From positions 178,448 to 242,447 of the forward strand of contig CAYMIL010000001.1 in NCBI GenBank assembly GCA_964390845.1: 64,000 nt of DNA. The letters run 5' to 3'. Below the pieces are notes generated by a model. That model was not told the origin of the DNA, made no database searches, and was given only the letters and a program-made list of their open reading frames with translations. Source of the DNA: an uncultured Candidatus Saccharibacteria bacterium (GTDB lineage Bacteria; Patescibacteriota; Minisyncoccia; Phycocordibacterales; CALRHW01). This document shows, piece by piece, positions 32,702 through 41,188 of this stretch. Positions within the stretch are counted from its first letter, which is position 1. Each line of letters begins with the position of its first letter. The translations under genes and the position numbers were made by a program.

Positions 32702-33178
32702 ATGTTTCTTTCTCCGCAAAACATCGCAATCTACGTAGCAGGCGCTCTTATCATCGTGCTTATCATTATTATTATTCGACTCGAGAAACGCCTCAACAAC
32801 ATACTTGGCGGAACACACGCAACATCGATCGAAGAAGGGATGAAGGTGCTACGCGAAGAACTCAAGGCAATGCAAACCTTTTCCGAACGTGCGAGCGCCC
32901 ACTTCCAAAATATCGAGAAGCGCCTTCGCAATAGTATTCAGCACGTCGAGACTGTGCGCTTCAACCCATTCAAAGGAACTGGTGCTGGAGGCAACCAAAG
33001 TTTCTCTACCTCATTCACCAACGAACACGGTGACGGCGTTGTCATTTCAACCCTACACTCTCGCGAGCGAATCAGTGTCTTTTCCAAGCCCCTCAAGGGA
33101 TTTAGTTCAGAATTTGAGCTATCCGACGAAGAAAAAGAGGTTGTTGGCCGAGCAAAGCAAGACACTCGGCACAAGTAA
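32702..33178 (+). CDS. DUF4446-like protein
   Basis: N-terminal TM, VRFNPF..GGNQSFS, LSDEE; TATAAT 7 nt upstream of ATG. Confidence 0.8.
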   Translation: MFLSPQNIAIYVAGALIIVLIIIIIRLEKRLNNILGGTHATSIEEGMKVLREELKAMQTFSERASAHFQNIEKRLRNSIQHVETVRFNPFKGTGAGGNQSFSTSFTNEHGDGVVISTLHSRERISVFSKPLKGFSSEFELSDEEKEVVGRAKQDTRHK

Positions 33179-33250
33179 CCATTCGCTCTGTTTTGTGCTA
33201 TACTGCCCCGTTATACAGGGCGCACTCCCGCGTTTGTAGAGAAAACATCT

Positions 33251-34804
33251 ATGGGGAAGAAAACTACACAATCTCACAGCAACACCCAGACCGTATCGGT
33301 ACGTCCGCCGGTTATTGCTGTTATGGGACACATTGACCATGGAAAATCGTCCCTACTCGACTATATCCGGAAGTCAAATATCACCGCACACGAAGCGGGT
33401 GGTATTACCCAACATGTATCGGCATACGAGGTAGAACACACAGGACAAGATGGCATACAACACGCGATCACCTTTCTTGATACACCAGGCCACGAAGCAT
33501 TTCAGGCGTTGCGTATGCGAGGTGTAAAAATTGCCGACATTGCTATTCTTGTTGTTTCGGCGGAAGACGGCGTCAAACCACAAACACTCCACGCACTCTC
33601 ATGCATTAAAGAAGCTGGTATTCCCTACATCGTTGCCATCAACAAAATCGACAAACCAAGCGCCGACATCGATCGAACAAAACAGAGTCTTGCGGAACAT
33701 GAAATCTTTATCGAAGGTTATGGCGGAGACATTCCTTCGGTACCGATTTCAGCAAAAACAGGAGACGGAGTGAGTGACCTCCTCGACATGATGCTCCTTG
33801 TTGCTGAAATGCAAGAACTACGCGCACTCCATGACATACCCGCAGAAGGTATTGTGCTCGAAAGCAACCTTGATTCAAAAAAAGGTATCACTGCGACCCT
33901 CATTATTCGCAACGGAACCCTCTCGCAAGGTATGTATGTCGTCGCCGGCGAAAGCATGGCACCTGTGCGTATCATGGAAAACTTTTTAGGCAAAGCGATC
34001 AAAACCGCTACATTCTCAAGCCCGGTGCGCATCATCGGTTGGGACACCCTACCGACTGTTGGCGCACCGTTTATCACCTTTGCTGGACGCAAGGAAGCAG
34101 AAGCGTACGTACAAGAGGTCCGCGAACGCGCCCTTGAAGCAGCGCGAAAGAAGGCCCTACAAAAACAACACACACAAGGCACATCTCAAGAACGTGTCGT
34201 TGTTCCTCTTATTATCAAAGCAGATGCTGGTGGTAGCCTCGAAGCTCTTCTCCAGAAAATCGAACAATTACACAACGAACAAGTTGTCTTTTCTGTTATT
34301 CAAAGTGGTATTGGTGCAGTTTCAGAAAGTGATGTAAAACTTGCAACCGGCAATGAATCTGCGCTCGTCATCGGTTTTCACACCACAGCAGACCCGCGTG
34401 CAGAAAGCCTCGCACTACGATCAGGTATCACTATTCACTCCTTCAATATCATCTACAAACTCCTCGAGTGGCTCGAGACAGTCCTTCAGGAGCGCAAACC
34501 ACACGTAAGCGTTGAGGAATCCCTTGGCGTGGCCCGCATCCTTAAATTGTTCAGTGAAGCAAAAGGAAAACAAGTAATTGGTGCGAAAGTTGAAAAAGGA
34601 ATTATTGCCGTCGGCACACAGGTAAAAATCTTACGTCGAGATACTGAGATCGGCACAGGAAAAGTACGCGGTATGCAGGTATTCAAAGAGAAAGCGAACG
34701 AAGTTGAAGAAGGTGCTGAATTTGGCGCAATGATTGAAACAAAAATCGAGCTCGCCGTTGGAGATCGACTCGAATCTGTGCGCATTGTAGAAAAACAAAT
34801 ATGA
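33251..34804 (+). CDS. infB: Translation initiation factor IF-2 (no N-terminal extension)
   Basis: GHIDHGKS, GGITQH, DTPGHEAF, NKID. Confidence 0.96.
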   Translation: MGKKTTQSHSNTQTVSVRPPVIAVMGHIDHGKSSLLDYIRKSNITAHEAGGITQHVSAYEVEHTGQDGIQHAITFLDTPGHEAFQALRMRGVKIADIAILVVSAEDGVKPQTLHALSCIKEAGIPYIVAINKIDKPSADIDRTKQSLAEHEIFIEGYGGDIPSVPISAKTGDGVSDLLDMMLLVAEMQELRALHDIPAEGIVLESNLDSKKGITATLIIRNGTLSQGMYVVAGESMAPVRIMENFLGKAIKTATFSSPVRIIGWDTLPTVGAPFITFAGRKEAEAYVQEVRERALEAARKKALQKQHTQGTSQERVVVPLIIKADAGGSLEALLQKIEQLHNEQVVFSVIQSGIGAVSESDVKLATGNESALVIGFHTTADPRAESLALRSGITIHSFNIIYKLLEWLETVLQERKPHVSVEESLGVARILKLFSEAKGKQVIGAKVEKGIIAVGTQVKILRRDTEIGTGKVRGMQVFKEKANEVEEGAEFGAMIETKIELAVGDRLESVRIVEKQI

Positions 34805-35151
34805 GTATCCGAGAAGAAAAAGTAAGAGAACACCTACGCCACCTAGCGGCAGAATTCCTCCAGCATGAAGCGGGACCTTCTTCGCTTATTACCGTTACCA
34901 ACGCAACCTTCAACGAACACAACAATCTTTCCACCATCTTTTTCACAACGCTTCCGGCAGACAGAGAACGTGCCGCGCTTGAATTTGCAAAACGAAAGCG
35001 TCGAGAGTTTCGAGACTATGTAAAATCTAAAACACGTATTCGAGCGCTTCCATTCTTCGACTTCGCAATAGACACTGGTGAAAAAAACCGCCAGCGCATC
35101 GACGAAATTGGTTCGCTCGATAGTGAATTGCGGGGCGACGAACAGGTGTAA
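34801..35151 (+). CDS. rbfA: Ribosome-binding factor A
   Basis: Overlaps the infB stop; ITVT..IRALPFFDFAID..RIDE pattern. Confidence 0.8.
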   Translation: MSIREEKVREHLRHLAAEFLQHEAGPSSLITVTNATFNEHNNLSTIFFTTLPADRERAALEFAKRKRREFRDYVKSKTRIRALPFFDFAIDTGEKNRQRIDEIGSLDSELRGDEQV

Positions 35152-35190
35152 GATGTGGTATAACAGAAAGGCGTCAGATAGACGCACTAT

Positions 35191-35264
35191 GGCGTAGTGG
35201 CGAAGTTGGTTAACGCGGCGGTCTGCAAAACCGCTATGCGCCGGTTCAATTCCGGCCTACGCCT
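35191..35264 (+). tRNA. tRNA-Cys(GCA)
   Basis: Cloverleaf GGCGTAG/CTACGCC, anticodon loop CTGCAAA. Confidence 0.95.
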
Positions 35265-35306
35265 CAAAGATTCCCTCAAGAAAAAAACGTGATACAGTAT
35301 CACTAA

Positions 35307-35391
35307 GCCCGGGTGATGAAATTGGTAGACATAGTCGACTTAAAATCGGCGGCCGAAAGGCATGCGGGTTCGATTCCCGCCCTGGGCACCA
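35307..35391 (+). tRNA. tRNA-Leu(TAA)
   Basis: Cloverleaf with long variable arm, loop CTTAAAA, encoded CCA. Confidence 0.95.
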
Positions 35392-35490
35392 CAATACTCC
35401 ATATTTGACATTTCTTTAAAATGTGCTAATATGGGTTCTAGTCACATACCGAATAAACGACTGACGCTCCTTTCACGAAAGGGACTACCG

Positions 35491-35898
35491 ATGAGTATCT
35501 CACGTGTGCAAGAACTGTTCAGACGGCTTTTGAAGCGGTCTGAACCAGAGTGGCCGCAGCTCGTCGCAGAGAAGGACGAGATGAAACGCCAACTCGACGA
35601 GTACACACGGAAGTACCGCAACAGCCAACTTCCGTACCGCGATCGAGCGCACGCCGCAGAGGCATACGTGCGCGAAGCTCCGAAGCTCGTCCGCCACGCC
35701 GCTACTATGGCGACTGCAGGCGGACGCACCCAGAGTCTCGAGGACTACGATCCTCGCCTCGTCGCCATCATGACAGCTGAACTTGGCTACATCGCCAAGC
35801 ATTTCAAGCGGTACCCCGGGTGCTATGAGGGTGTCGTGGTGATCATCCGGTCGCCACACTTCCCCGAGCGTCTCCAGGGACAGGTCCTGTTCAACTGA
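35491..35898 (+). CDS. GC3-rich orphan hypothetical protein
   Basis: TTGACA-17-TAATAT promoter at 35405, AAAGGGA SD, downstream terminator. Confidence 0.7.
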   Translation: MSISRVQELFRRLLKRSEPEWPQLVAEKDEMKRQLDEYTRKYRNSQLPYRDRAHAAEAYVREAPKLVRHAATMATAGGRTQSLEDYDPRLVAIMTAELGYIAKHFKRYPGCYEGVVVIIRSPHFPERLQGQVLFN

Positions 35899-35926
35899 AT
35901 CCGTGATGAAGCTATGCATCACACAC

Positions 35927-35959
35927 CCCCGACCGCACCACGTGCGCGGTCGGGGTTTT
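35927..35959 (+). terminator. Intrinsic terminator
   Basis: CCCCGACCGC/GCGGTCGGGG followed by TTTT. Confidence 0.75.
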
Positions 35960-36003
35960 CCATTACTATGTTTTATGTTATAAAGATATCTGTCGTTCCT
36001 TTT

Positions 36004-36076
36004 CCGCCTATAGCTCAGTTGGTAGAGCAACCGCCTCTTAAGCGGTGGGTCCCAGGTTCGAATCCTGGTGGGCGGA
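36004..36076 (+). tRNA. tRNA-Lys(CTT)
   Basis: Cloverleaf, loop CTCTTAA, GGTTCGAATCC. Confidence 0.95.
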
Positions 36077-36103
36077 CTCGGTGTCGTGCGCACACATACA
36101 TAC

Positions 36104-36185
36104 GGGCGAGTGGCGTAATTGGTAGCCGCGCTAGTCTTAGGAACTAGTGGAGTAATCCATGGGAGTTCGAGTCTCCCCTCGCCCA
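36104..36185 (+). tRNA. tRNA-Leu(TAG)
   Basis: GGGCGAG/CTCGCCC acceptor, loop CTTAGGA, variable arm. Confidence 0.95.
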
Positions 36186-36189
36186 CAAC

Positions 36190-36300
36190 TTGACTTTTCT
36201 GTTTTTTTGTGTATAATATTTTTTAGGCTCACAGCTGTGGCCGTAATGATTACGGCTCGGTGTAGAGTCGTTCTTTGGCATCATCGCAACAAGAGAAAGG
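36190..36300 (+). promoter_or_regulatory. Promoter + hairpin + boxA-like motif + SD for the SPFH-like orphan
   Basis: TTGACT-16-TATAAT; GCCGTAAT/ATTACGGC at 36240-36256; CGTTCTTTGGCA at 36269-36280; AGAAAGG. Confidence 0.65.
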
Positions 36301-36311
36301 TAGCGTGTCTC

Positions 36312-37562
36312 GTGAAGAAGAAAATCAACTGGATGTTTTGGATCAACTTGTACCTCCTGAGCGGCTGCGTAGCGGTGCTCGGGTGGTACGCCAACCCTCT
36401 GCTGGGAGTGGTGATCATCGTCATTTCCCTCTTCCACCCCGCCATGTACTTGGCGCTGGGCTGGACGGTCCGCAAGATCGCTTCGTGGGAGAAGAAGAAG
36501 TTCTTCATCTTTCCCACTGAGGGACAGATCATTCCCATTGTGAGAGGTGTCTCCAGCGGAACCGACAAAGACCGTGGTGACGCAAGAAGTGACACCAGCA
36601 AAACTGGTGGCGCCCGTAGTGGCGTGTTTGACCACTTCGTGATCTCTATCCGGGGGCACGTCATGGTCGGCAACAAGCTGGTAAAGCTTCCAGACAACGA
36701 GGAAGCACCGCGTAGCTTTTGGAATCTGCACTTCGGTGTGGAATGGATTGGCTTGTGGCAGACGGTCCAGACGTACCACTTCAAGTGGAACACCCTGAAG
36801 TGGAACGCTGAAACCGAAGAGGCCGAGATTTTTCCTCGGGATGAAATTGTGTCTTCGCTGTTTTGGAGGGCGCAATACGCATTCCTGATTGTTGAGGTGG
36901 AGGACAAAAACAACCTCCGCCTCACTCTCAAGGTTCTCGTGAACCTGAGGACGGTCAATCCGTACCAGACGCTGTACGGAACATCTGGCAAGCCAGGCGA
37001 CTGGATTCAAGCGGTCGCCGCCGCGATTACCGCGGTCATCCGAGACTTCGTGGGCAAGGAAAGCTACGAGAGTCTGATCGGGATGCAGACCGAAGGCGAT
37101 AACTCGCCCTTCATCAGGGCAATCAAGACCCTCAACACGAAGTGCCTCAATGGCAACGATAGCCTCGAGGACTTGTACGGCCAGGTCATCGACAGCGCCA
37201 ACATGATCTCGGTCGAGCTTTCGGACGAGGACATGCGTGAGATCACGCAGGAGAAGTACCGGGCCGAGCAGAAGAAGCTCGCGGCAGAGCAGGACGCTGT
37301 ACGGACCATTACCCTCGGCACCGCTGAGGCAACGGTTCGACAGAAGAACCTCGAGGCAGAAGCCGCTGGCAAGAAGGCCATGCTTAAAGCCGAAGCTGCT
37401 GGCACGAAGGCTGTACTTGAGGCAACTGCGGCAGGCTACGAGAAGATCGGAACCGCTGCAGATGGCAAGGGTGCCAGCATGTTCGCTGCTTCGAAACTGA
37501 GTGAAACCAAGGGCACCCTTGTCTTGGACAAGGACACCATTGGTCTCAACCTGAACCAGTAA
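36312..37562 (+). CDS. GC3-rich SPFH/band-7 (flotillin-like) membrane protein
   Basis: N-terminal TMs; EVEDKNN..VNLRTVNP..VIRDFVG SPFH-like core; AEA-rich coiled coil. Confidence 0.75.
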   Translation: MKKKINWMFWINLYLLSGCVAVLGWYANPLLGVVIIVISLFHPAMYLALGWTVRKIASWEKKKFFIFPTEGQIIPIVRGVSSGTDKDRGDARSDTSKTGGARSGVFDHFVISIRGHVMVGNKLVKLPDNEEAPRSFWNLHFGVEWIGLWQTVQTYHFKWNTLKWNAETEEAEIFPRDEIVSSLFWRAQYAFLIVEVEDKNNLRLTLKVLVNLRTVNPYQTLYGTSGKPGDWIQAVAAAITAVIRDFVGKESYESLIGMQTEGDNSPFIRAIKTLNTKCLNGNDSLEDLYGQVIDSANMISVELSDEDMREITQEKYRAEQKKLAAEQDAVRTITLGTAEATVRQKNLEAEAAGKKAMLKAEAAGTKAVLEATAAGYEKIGTAADGKGASMFAASKLSETKGTLVLDKDTIGLNLNQ

Positions 37563-37594
37563 CCCTTCGACCTCTCTCTGCGATGGTGCGCCCA

Positions 37595-37628
37595 CAAGCC
37601 AGTATTCCACGGACGGAATACTGGCTTG
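37595..37628 (+). terminator. 14-bp hairpin whose 3' arm supplies part of the next -35 box
   Basis: CAAGCCAGTATTCC/GGAATACTGGCTTG. Confidence 0.75.
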
Positions 37629-37720
37629 ACTTTTATATAAAAACGTGATAGTATTATACAGGTAGGCTTGCTCTTTCACATATCACTCACACCCAATCCC
37701 CCTTCCGGGGGCACAAGGAG
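37626..37720 (+). promoter_or_regulatory. Promoter + boxA + SD for the orphan at 37727
   Basis: TTGACT-17-TAGTAT; TGCTCTTTCACA at 37669-37680 (11/12 match to E. coli rrn boxA TGCTCTTTAACA); AAGGAG. Confidence 0.7.
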
Positions 37721-37726
37721 AACACT

Positions 37727-38683
37727 GTGTTCACGTCCATTCACAAGAACGTCTCTCGTCTGTACCGTAAGGCACTTGTCGCCAAGAAGCGCTTGAAGAA
37801 GCGCCGCATCAAGAACCACGGCGGACTCAAGAAGAAGTTCGGCGCGGCATTCGGGTGGATGCGCGACAAGGCATCCGCAACGACCAAGAAGGTCGCACCC
37901 GCGATGGCGTGGGCTCGCGAAAAGTCTGCGCGCCTGTACGCACGGGCAATCGCTGCGGGCAGTGGCACCAAGAAGCGCGTCCCCGCCATGTCGGCATGGA
38001 TGCGCAACAAGGGGTCGCGAGTCCTCGCATGGTCAGGCAAGCACAAGCAGTACGCTGTGCCTGCGCTCCTCGCGGGAGCGCTGGTCGGCATGATCATGTT
38101 CCTCCCCACCAAGAGCCTTCCGTCGTTTGGAGGCACAGGGGCGATCGTCTCGTTCCTGATCTGGACCGGTTGCATCATCGCAGGCCTTGGCATGATCACC
38201 CTCGTGGTGGTCTTGCAGATCAAGAAGAAGTTCCGGGTAGGAACGTTTCTCGCGCTGATCGCATTTTCTGGATCGGTAGCAATGATCGTGTGGCTCATTT
38301 GCCGCGGACCAGCAACGGCAACCGCAAACCGCAACCTCGTGGAGATTGCTTACGACAAAGAGATCGTGGGCACTCTTCACAAGGGAGAGTGGACTCCGGT
38401 ATTCGTCACCCCGACGAACTCTGGAAAAACCGTTGCGGACGTGGGTATGGAAAGCGAGTCGCCGGAAATGGTGATCCGCTACACCGCCCGCACCAAGCAA
38501 TGGGGCTCTGTTCAGAAGGAGCTTCCTCCCTTCCGATGCGAACGGGGTCGAGGGGTTTCCTGGCAGGAGTTCAGCTCCTACTACAGGAACCATTTCGGCC
38601 TCGATGTCATCGAGGTTTGTGCACTGCGAATTGGGTGCACGACCGATGAGCCCCTGACCTATGTGGTCAAGGCACACCGGTGA
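37727..38683 (+). CDS. GC3-rich orphan: basic amphipathic-repeat N-terminus, 3 TM, C-terminal domain
   Basis: SD AAGGAG, GTG start, three hydrophobic helices. Confidence 0.72.
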   Translation: MFTSIHKNVSRLYRKALVAKKRLKKRRIKNHGGLKKKFGAAFGWMRDKASATTKKVAPAMAWAREKSARLYARAIAAGSGTKKRVPAMSAWMRNKGSRVLAWSGKHKQYAVPALLAGALVGMIMFLPTKSLPSFGGTGAIVSFLIWTGCIIAGLGMITLVVVLQIKKKFRVGTFLALIAFSGSVAMIVWLICRGPATATANRNLVEIAYDKEIVGTLHKGEWTPVFVTPTNSGKTVADVGMESESPEMVIRYTARTKQWGSVQKELPPFRCERGRGVSWQEFSSYYRNHFGLDVIEVCALRIGCTTDEPLTYVVKAHR

Positions 38684-38701
38684 CGTGTCGAGTGATTTCT
38701 T

Positions 38702-38735
38702 GCGGCGTGGGACTTGTCCCACGCCGCTTTCGTTT
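38702..38735 (+). terminator. Intrinsic terminator
   Basis: GCGGCGTGGGAC/GTCCCACGCCGC followed by a T-rich tail. Confidence 0.8.
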
Positions 38736-38794
38736 TCATATTTCTTTCTCAAACAAAAAACCCGGCAGACAGCCGGGCATTTTGTATAAAAGCG

Positions 38795-39064
38795 TTAGAA
38801 AAAGCCTGATCCAGGAGGATTGGGGATGCCGAATGTTCTCAGAAGGACTCGAATGATGCCATAGACAGAAACCATGATAAACATTCCAACAATGCCCCAG
38901 AAAATACTACGCTTCCCGTCTTCCACATCGCCTCCATTCCCCGTGTCGCGGATAAACTTCACAATGCCGTAAAAGAATACTGTCAGCGCAATAGCAAATA
39001 GAAGAACAACAATCGGCTGAAGAATATACTGAACAACGTTATTTAACAGTCCATATATATTCAT
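38795..39064 (-). CDS. TrbC/VirB2-like pilin 6
   Basis: Two TM helices with FFYG..GKR.IFWGIVGMFIMVS.YGII. Confidence 0.8.
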   Translation of the reverse strand: MNIYGLLNNVVQYILQPIVVLLFAIALTVFFYGIVKFIRDTGNGGDVEDGKRSIFWGIVGMFIMVSVYGIIRVLLRTFGIPNPPGSGFF

Positions 39065-39076
39065 AGAAAACGACTA

Positions 39077-39448
39077 CTAATTATTACCAGGAATTGGAAC
39101 ACTTGGAACAGTGATAGAACCATTATCTGAGCTACCACCAACACCAACACCGAGTGAATCACCGATAAATCGAACGAGTCCCCATACGCTTGAAGCTACG
39201 AATAGCGCAACGATTCCCCACACCATCATCTGTCGTCCTTCTTTTCGCGCGTCGCTATCTGTCGCATTCATCACAAACTTCAAAAGACCCCAGAAGAAGT
39301 ACACGAGAATGAGAGCGAAGATGATTGGAGTTACAAGTCCAATTATGTCTCCAATAGCCCTAATAAGACTCTTAATTTTTGTGAGCTCTGCAGCAAACGC
39401 GAGTGCCGGTGAGAGAAACAGCGCGCTTCCGATAATAATCTTTTTCAT
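39077..39448 (-). CDS. TrbC/VirB2-like pilin 5
   Basis: Signal peptide (AFA), FFWGL..EGRQMMVWGIVALFV..VWGLV. Confidence 0.8.
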   Translation of the reverse strand: MKKIIIGSALFLSPALAFAAELTKIKSLIRAIGDIIGLVTPIIFALILVYFFWGLLKFVMNATDSDARKEGRQMMVWGIVALFVASSVWGLVRFIGDSLGVGVGGSSDNGSITVPSVPIPGNN

Positions 39449-39536
39449 ATACGTTTCTAACTTTTTAAATACTAATATGGTACCCAATAATAATACTACA
39501 CATACACCGCTTTAGCCCAGATGGCTGTGAATAACC

Positions 39537-39851
39537 CTAAAAACCTCCACTTGAAAGCGACTCGCCAGTTTTTATGTTGAGATTGTCTCCCACAAACTTA
39601 ACGATACCCCACACACTCATCATGACAAACAGCGCAATCACGCCCCACACCATAAACTTCCGACCCTCTTCACGCTTCCCGCTTTCTGCTGAGTGCAACA
39701 TAAACTGCGCAATACCCCACAAAAACGCAACAAATGTGATCCCAGCAACAATAGGAATGAGTGCTGTGATAACACTGTAAGCACCCCCAAGCAGGTCGTT
39801 GATACCTCCATTAGACGCTTCTGCAATATACGGGAGAAAAAGATGCTTCAT
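39537..39851 (-). CDS. TrbC/VirB2-like pilin 4
   Basis: FLWGI..EGRKFMVWGVIALFVMMSVWGIV. Confidence 0.8.
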   Translation of the reverse strand: MKHLFLPYIAEASNGGINDLLGGAYSVITALIPIVAGITFVAFLWGIAQFMLHSAESGKREEGRKFMVWGVIALFVMMSVWGIVKFVGDNLNIKTGESLSSGGF

Positions 39852-39854
39852 ATA

Positions 39855-40283
39855 TTAAAAGGTTGGCAATCGAGGCACAGATACAGAGCTCGTGCCCACA
39901 AGATCGCTTGCGAGAAAATTGACAATACCCCAGATACTCACCATCACAAACAGCCCAATAATCCCCCAAAACATAATGTTGCGTGCCGCCTCGTGCGAAC
40001 CACCATCACCACTAGCACTGTACACAAAGCGTGCAAGTCCCCAGAAGAAAACAAGGAGCGCTGCGGCAGCGAGAAGCGGTACAATTTGTCGAAGAATACC
40101 AACAAAAATACAAATCACTTCACGAAAATTTGTTGGAGGCACAGAGCACGTATTTTGATATGTATAAAACTGACCAACTTCAGACTGGGAGAAAAAGCCG
40201 GCTGCCGACGCGCTGTGCATAGGCACAATCATCTGCGCACACGACAGTATACAGAATACGATAACTAGAATCTTTTTTGACAT
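39855..40283 (-). CDS. TrbC/VirB2-like pilin 3
   Basis: Signal peptide, FFWGL..ARNIMFWGIIGLFVMVSIWGIV. Confidence 0.8.
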   Translation of the reverse strand: MSKKILVIVFCILSCAQMIVPMHSASAAGFFSQSEVGQFYTYQNTCSVPPTNFREVICIFVGILRQIVPLLAAAALLVFFWGLARFVYSASGDGGSHEAARNIMFWGIIGLFVMVSIWGIVNFLASDLVGTSSVSVPRLPTF

Positions 40284-40750
40284 AAATCTGGGATGCTGTT
40301 ATTGGACACTTGGCAGATTGTTGCGCGTACCGCTTCCACAATCACCACAGCGCCAAACAAAATCGCCGCGCCAATCATCACACCATAGAAACCCTTCTTT
40401 GCCTCTTCAAGCTTTTTCACATCACCCTGAGCCGTCACAAACTTGTATCCTGTGTAGATAACGTAGAAAACAACCACTATCGACCCGATAGGCATCACAA
40501 TCACCTTAAGCACATATTCAATAAAACCAATAAGACTGTTTGGTCCATTTACACCCTCTCCAAAGGGGTTTGGAAAATATGACAATTGGCTAGAGCCAGA
40601 ACTTCCCCCGCTCGAGCCTCCTGGATTTTGTGTAATAACCCCAGAAGATTGACCCGATGACGGGTTTTGAGTTTCTACCTGAGCAGACACAGACACTACA
40701 GACGCACACCAGAGAGTCACACACATGAGCACAACAAGTATGTATTTCAT
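40265..40750 (-). CDS. TrbC/VirB2-like pilin 2
   Basis: Signal peptide, PNP, IYTGYKFVTAQGD..LEEAKK. Confidence 0.8.
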   Translation of the reverse strand: MKYILVVLMCVTLWCASVVSVSAQVETQNPSSGQSSGVITQNPGGSSGGSSGSSQLSYFPNPFGEGVNGPNSLIGFIEYVLKVIVMPIGSIVVVFYVIYTGYKFVTAQGDVKKLEEAKKGFYGVMIGAAILFGAVVIVEAVRATICQVSNNSIPDLCQKRF

Positions 40751-40767
40751 ACAATGATTATATAATC

Positions 40768-41181
40768 TTATTTCAGCAATGAGAAGGATTGGTCAAGCAA
40801 ACTCACGATTGTATACACAATAAGCCACGCGGAGAGCACCAAGAGAAAACCCTTAAGCACCAGAAAAAAGATGGACCGCGCTTTTTCTACCTGTTTAGGG
40901 TTATCAACAGCAGTAATATACAAAAAACCGGCATAGGTAAAAGATATTGCCGCAAGCGGAATCGCAAGGGCAATGAGATAGTTGATCACATTTTTACCAA
41001 GCTTAAGGAGATCGTTGAACGTACACTCGTCTGTAATACCTCCCGTCGACGGGTCGACTGTGTTGCCACACGGAATCAGGCCATTTCCTCGGCTTTGAGC
41101 ATGCGCCATCGATGGAAGTGCTACAGATACCGCGCACACAAGCATCACACATGCAAGACATATTCCTGAAAGTAGTTTCAT
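40768..41181 (-). CDS. TrbC/VirB2-like pilin 1
   Basis: Signal peptide, GLIPC..CTFNDL, YAGFLYITA..KAR. Confidence 0.8.
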   Translation of the reverse strand: MKLLSGICLACVMLVCAVSVALPSMAHAQSRGNGLIPCGNTVDPSTGGITDECTFNDLLKLGKNVINYLIALAIPLAAISFTYAGFLYITAVDNPKQVEKARSIFFLVLKGFLLVLSAWLIVYTIVSLLDQSFSLLK

Positions 41182-41188
41182 AGAGTAG

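Noticed and set aside
35362-35490. N-terminal extension of ORF 35362-35898
   Set aside because: It starts inside tRNA-Leu; the promoter and SD indicate a start at 35491.
36144-37679. 511-aa minus-strand ORF
   Set aside because: Antisense shadow of the GC3-rich SPFH gene; it overlaps a tRNA and has no recognisable motifs.
35191-38735. Classical tRNA-integrated genomic island or prophage
   Set aside because: No integrase or phage genes and no long att duplication; only a short split repeat, reported separately.
15520-38735. Integron attC sites flanking the orphans
   Set aside because: The flanking hairpins look like intrinsic terminators; I found no RYYYAAC/GTTRRRY box pairs and no intI, and the orphans carry their own promoters.
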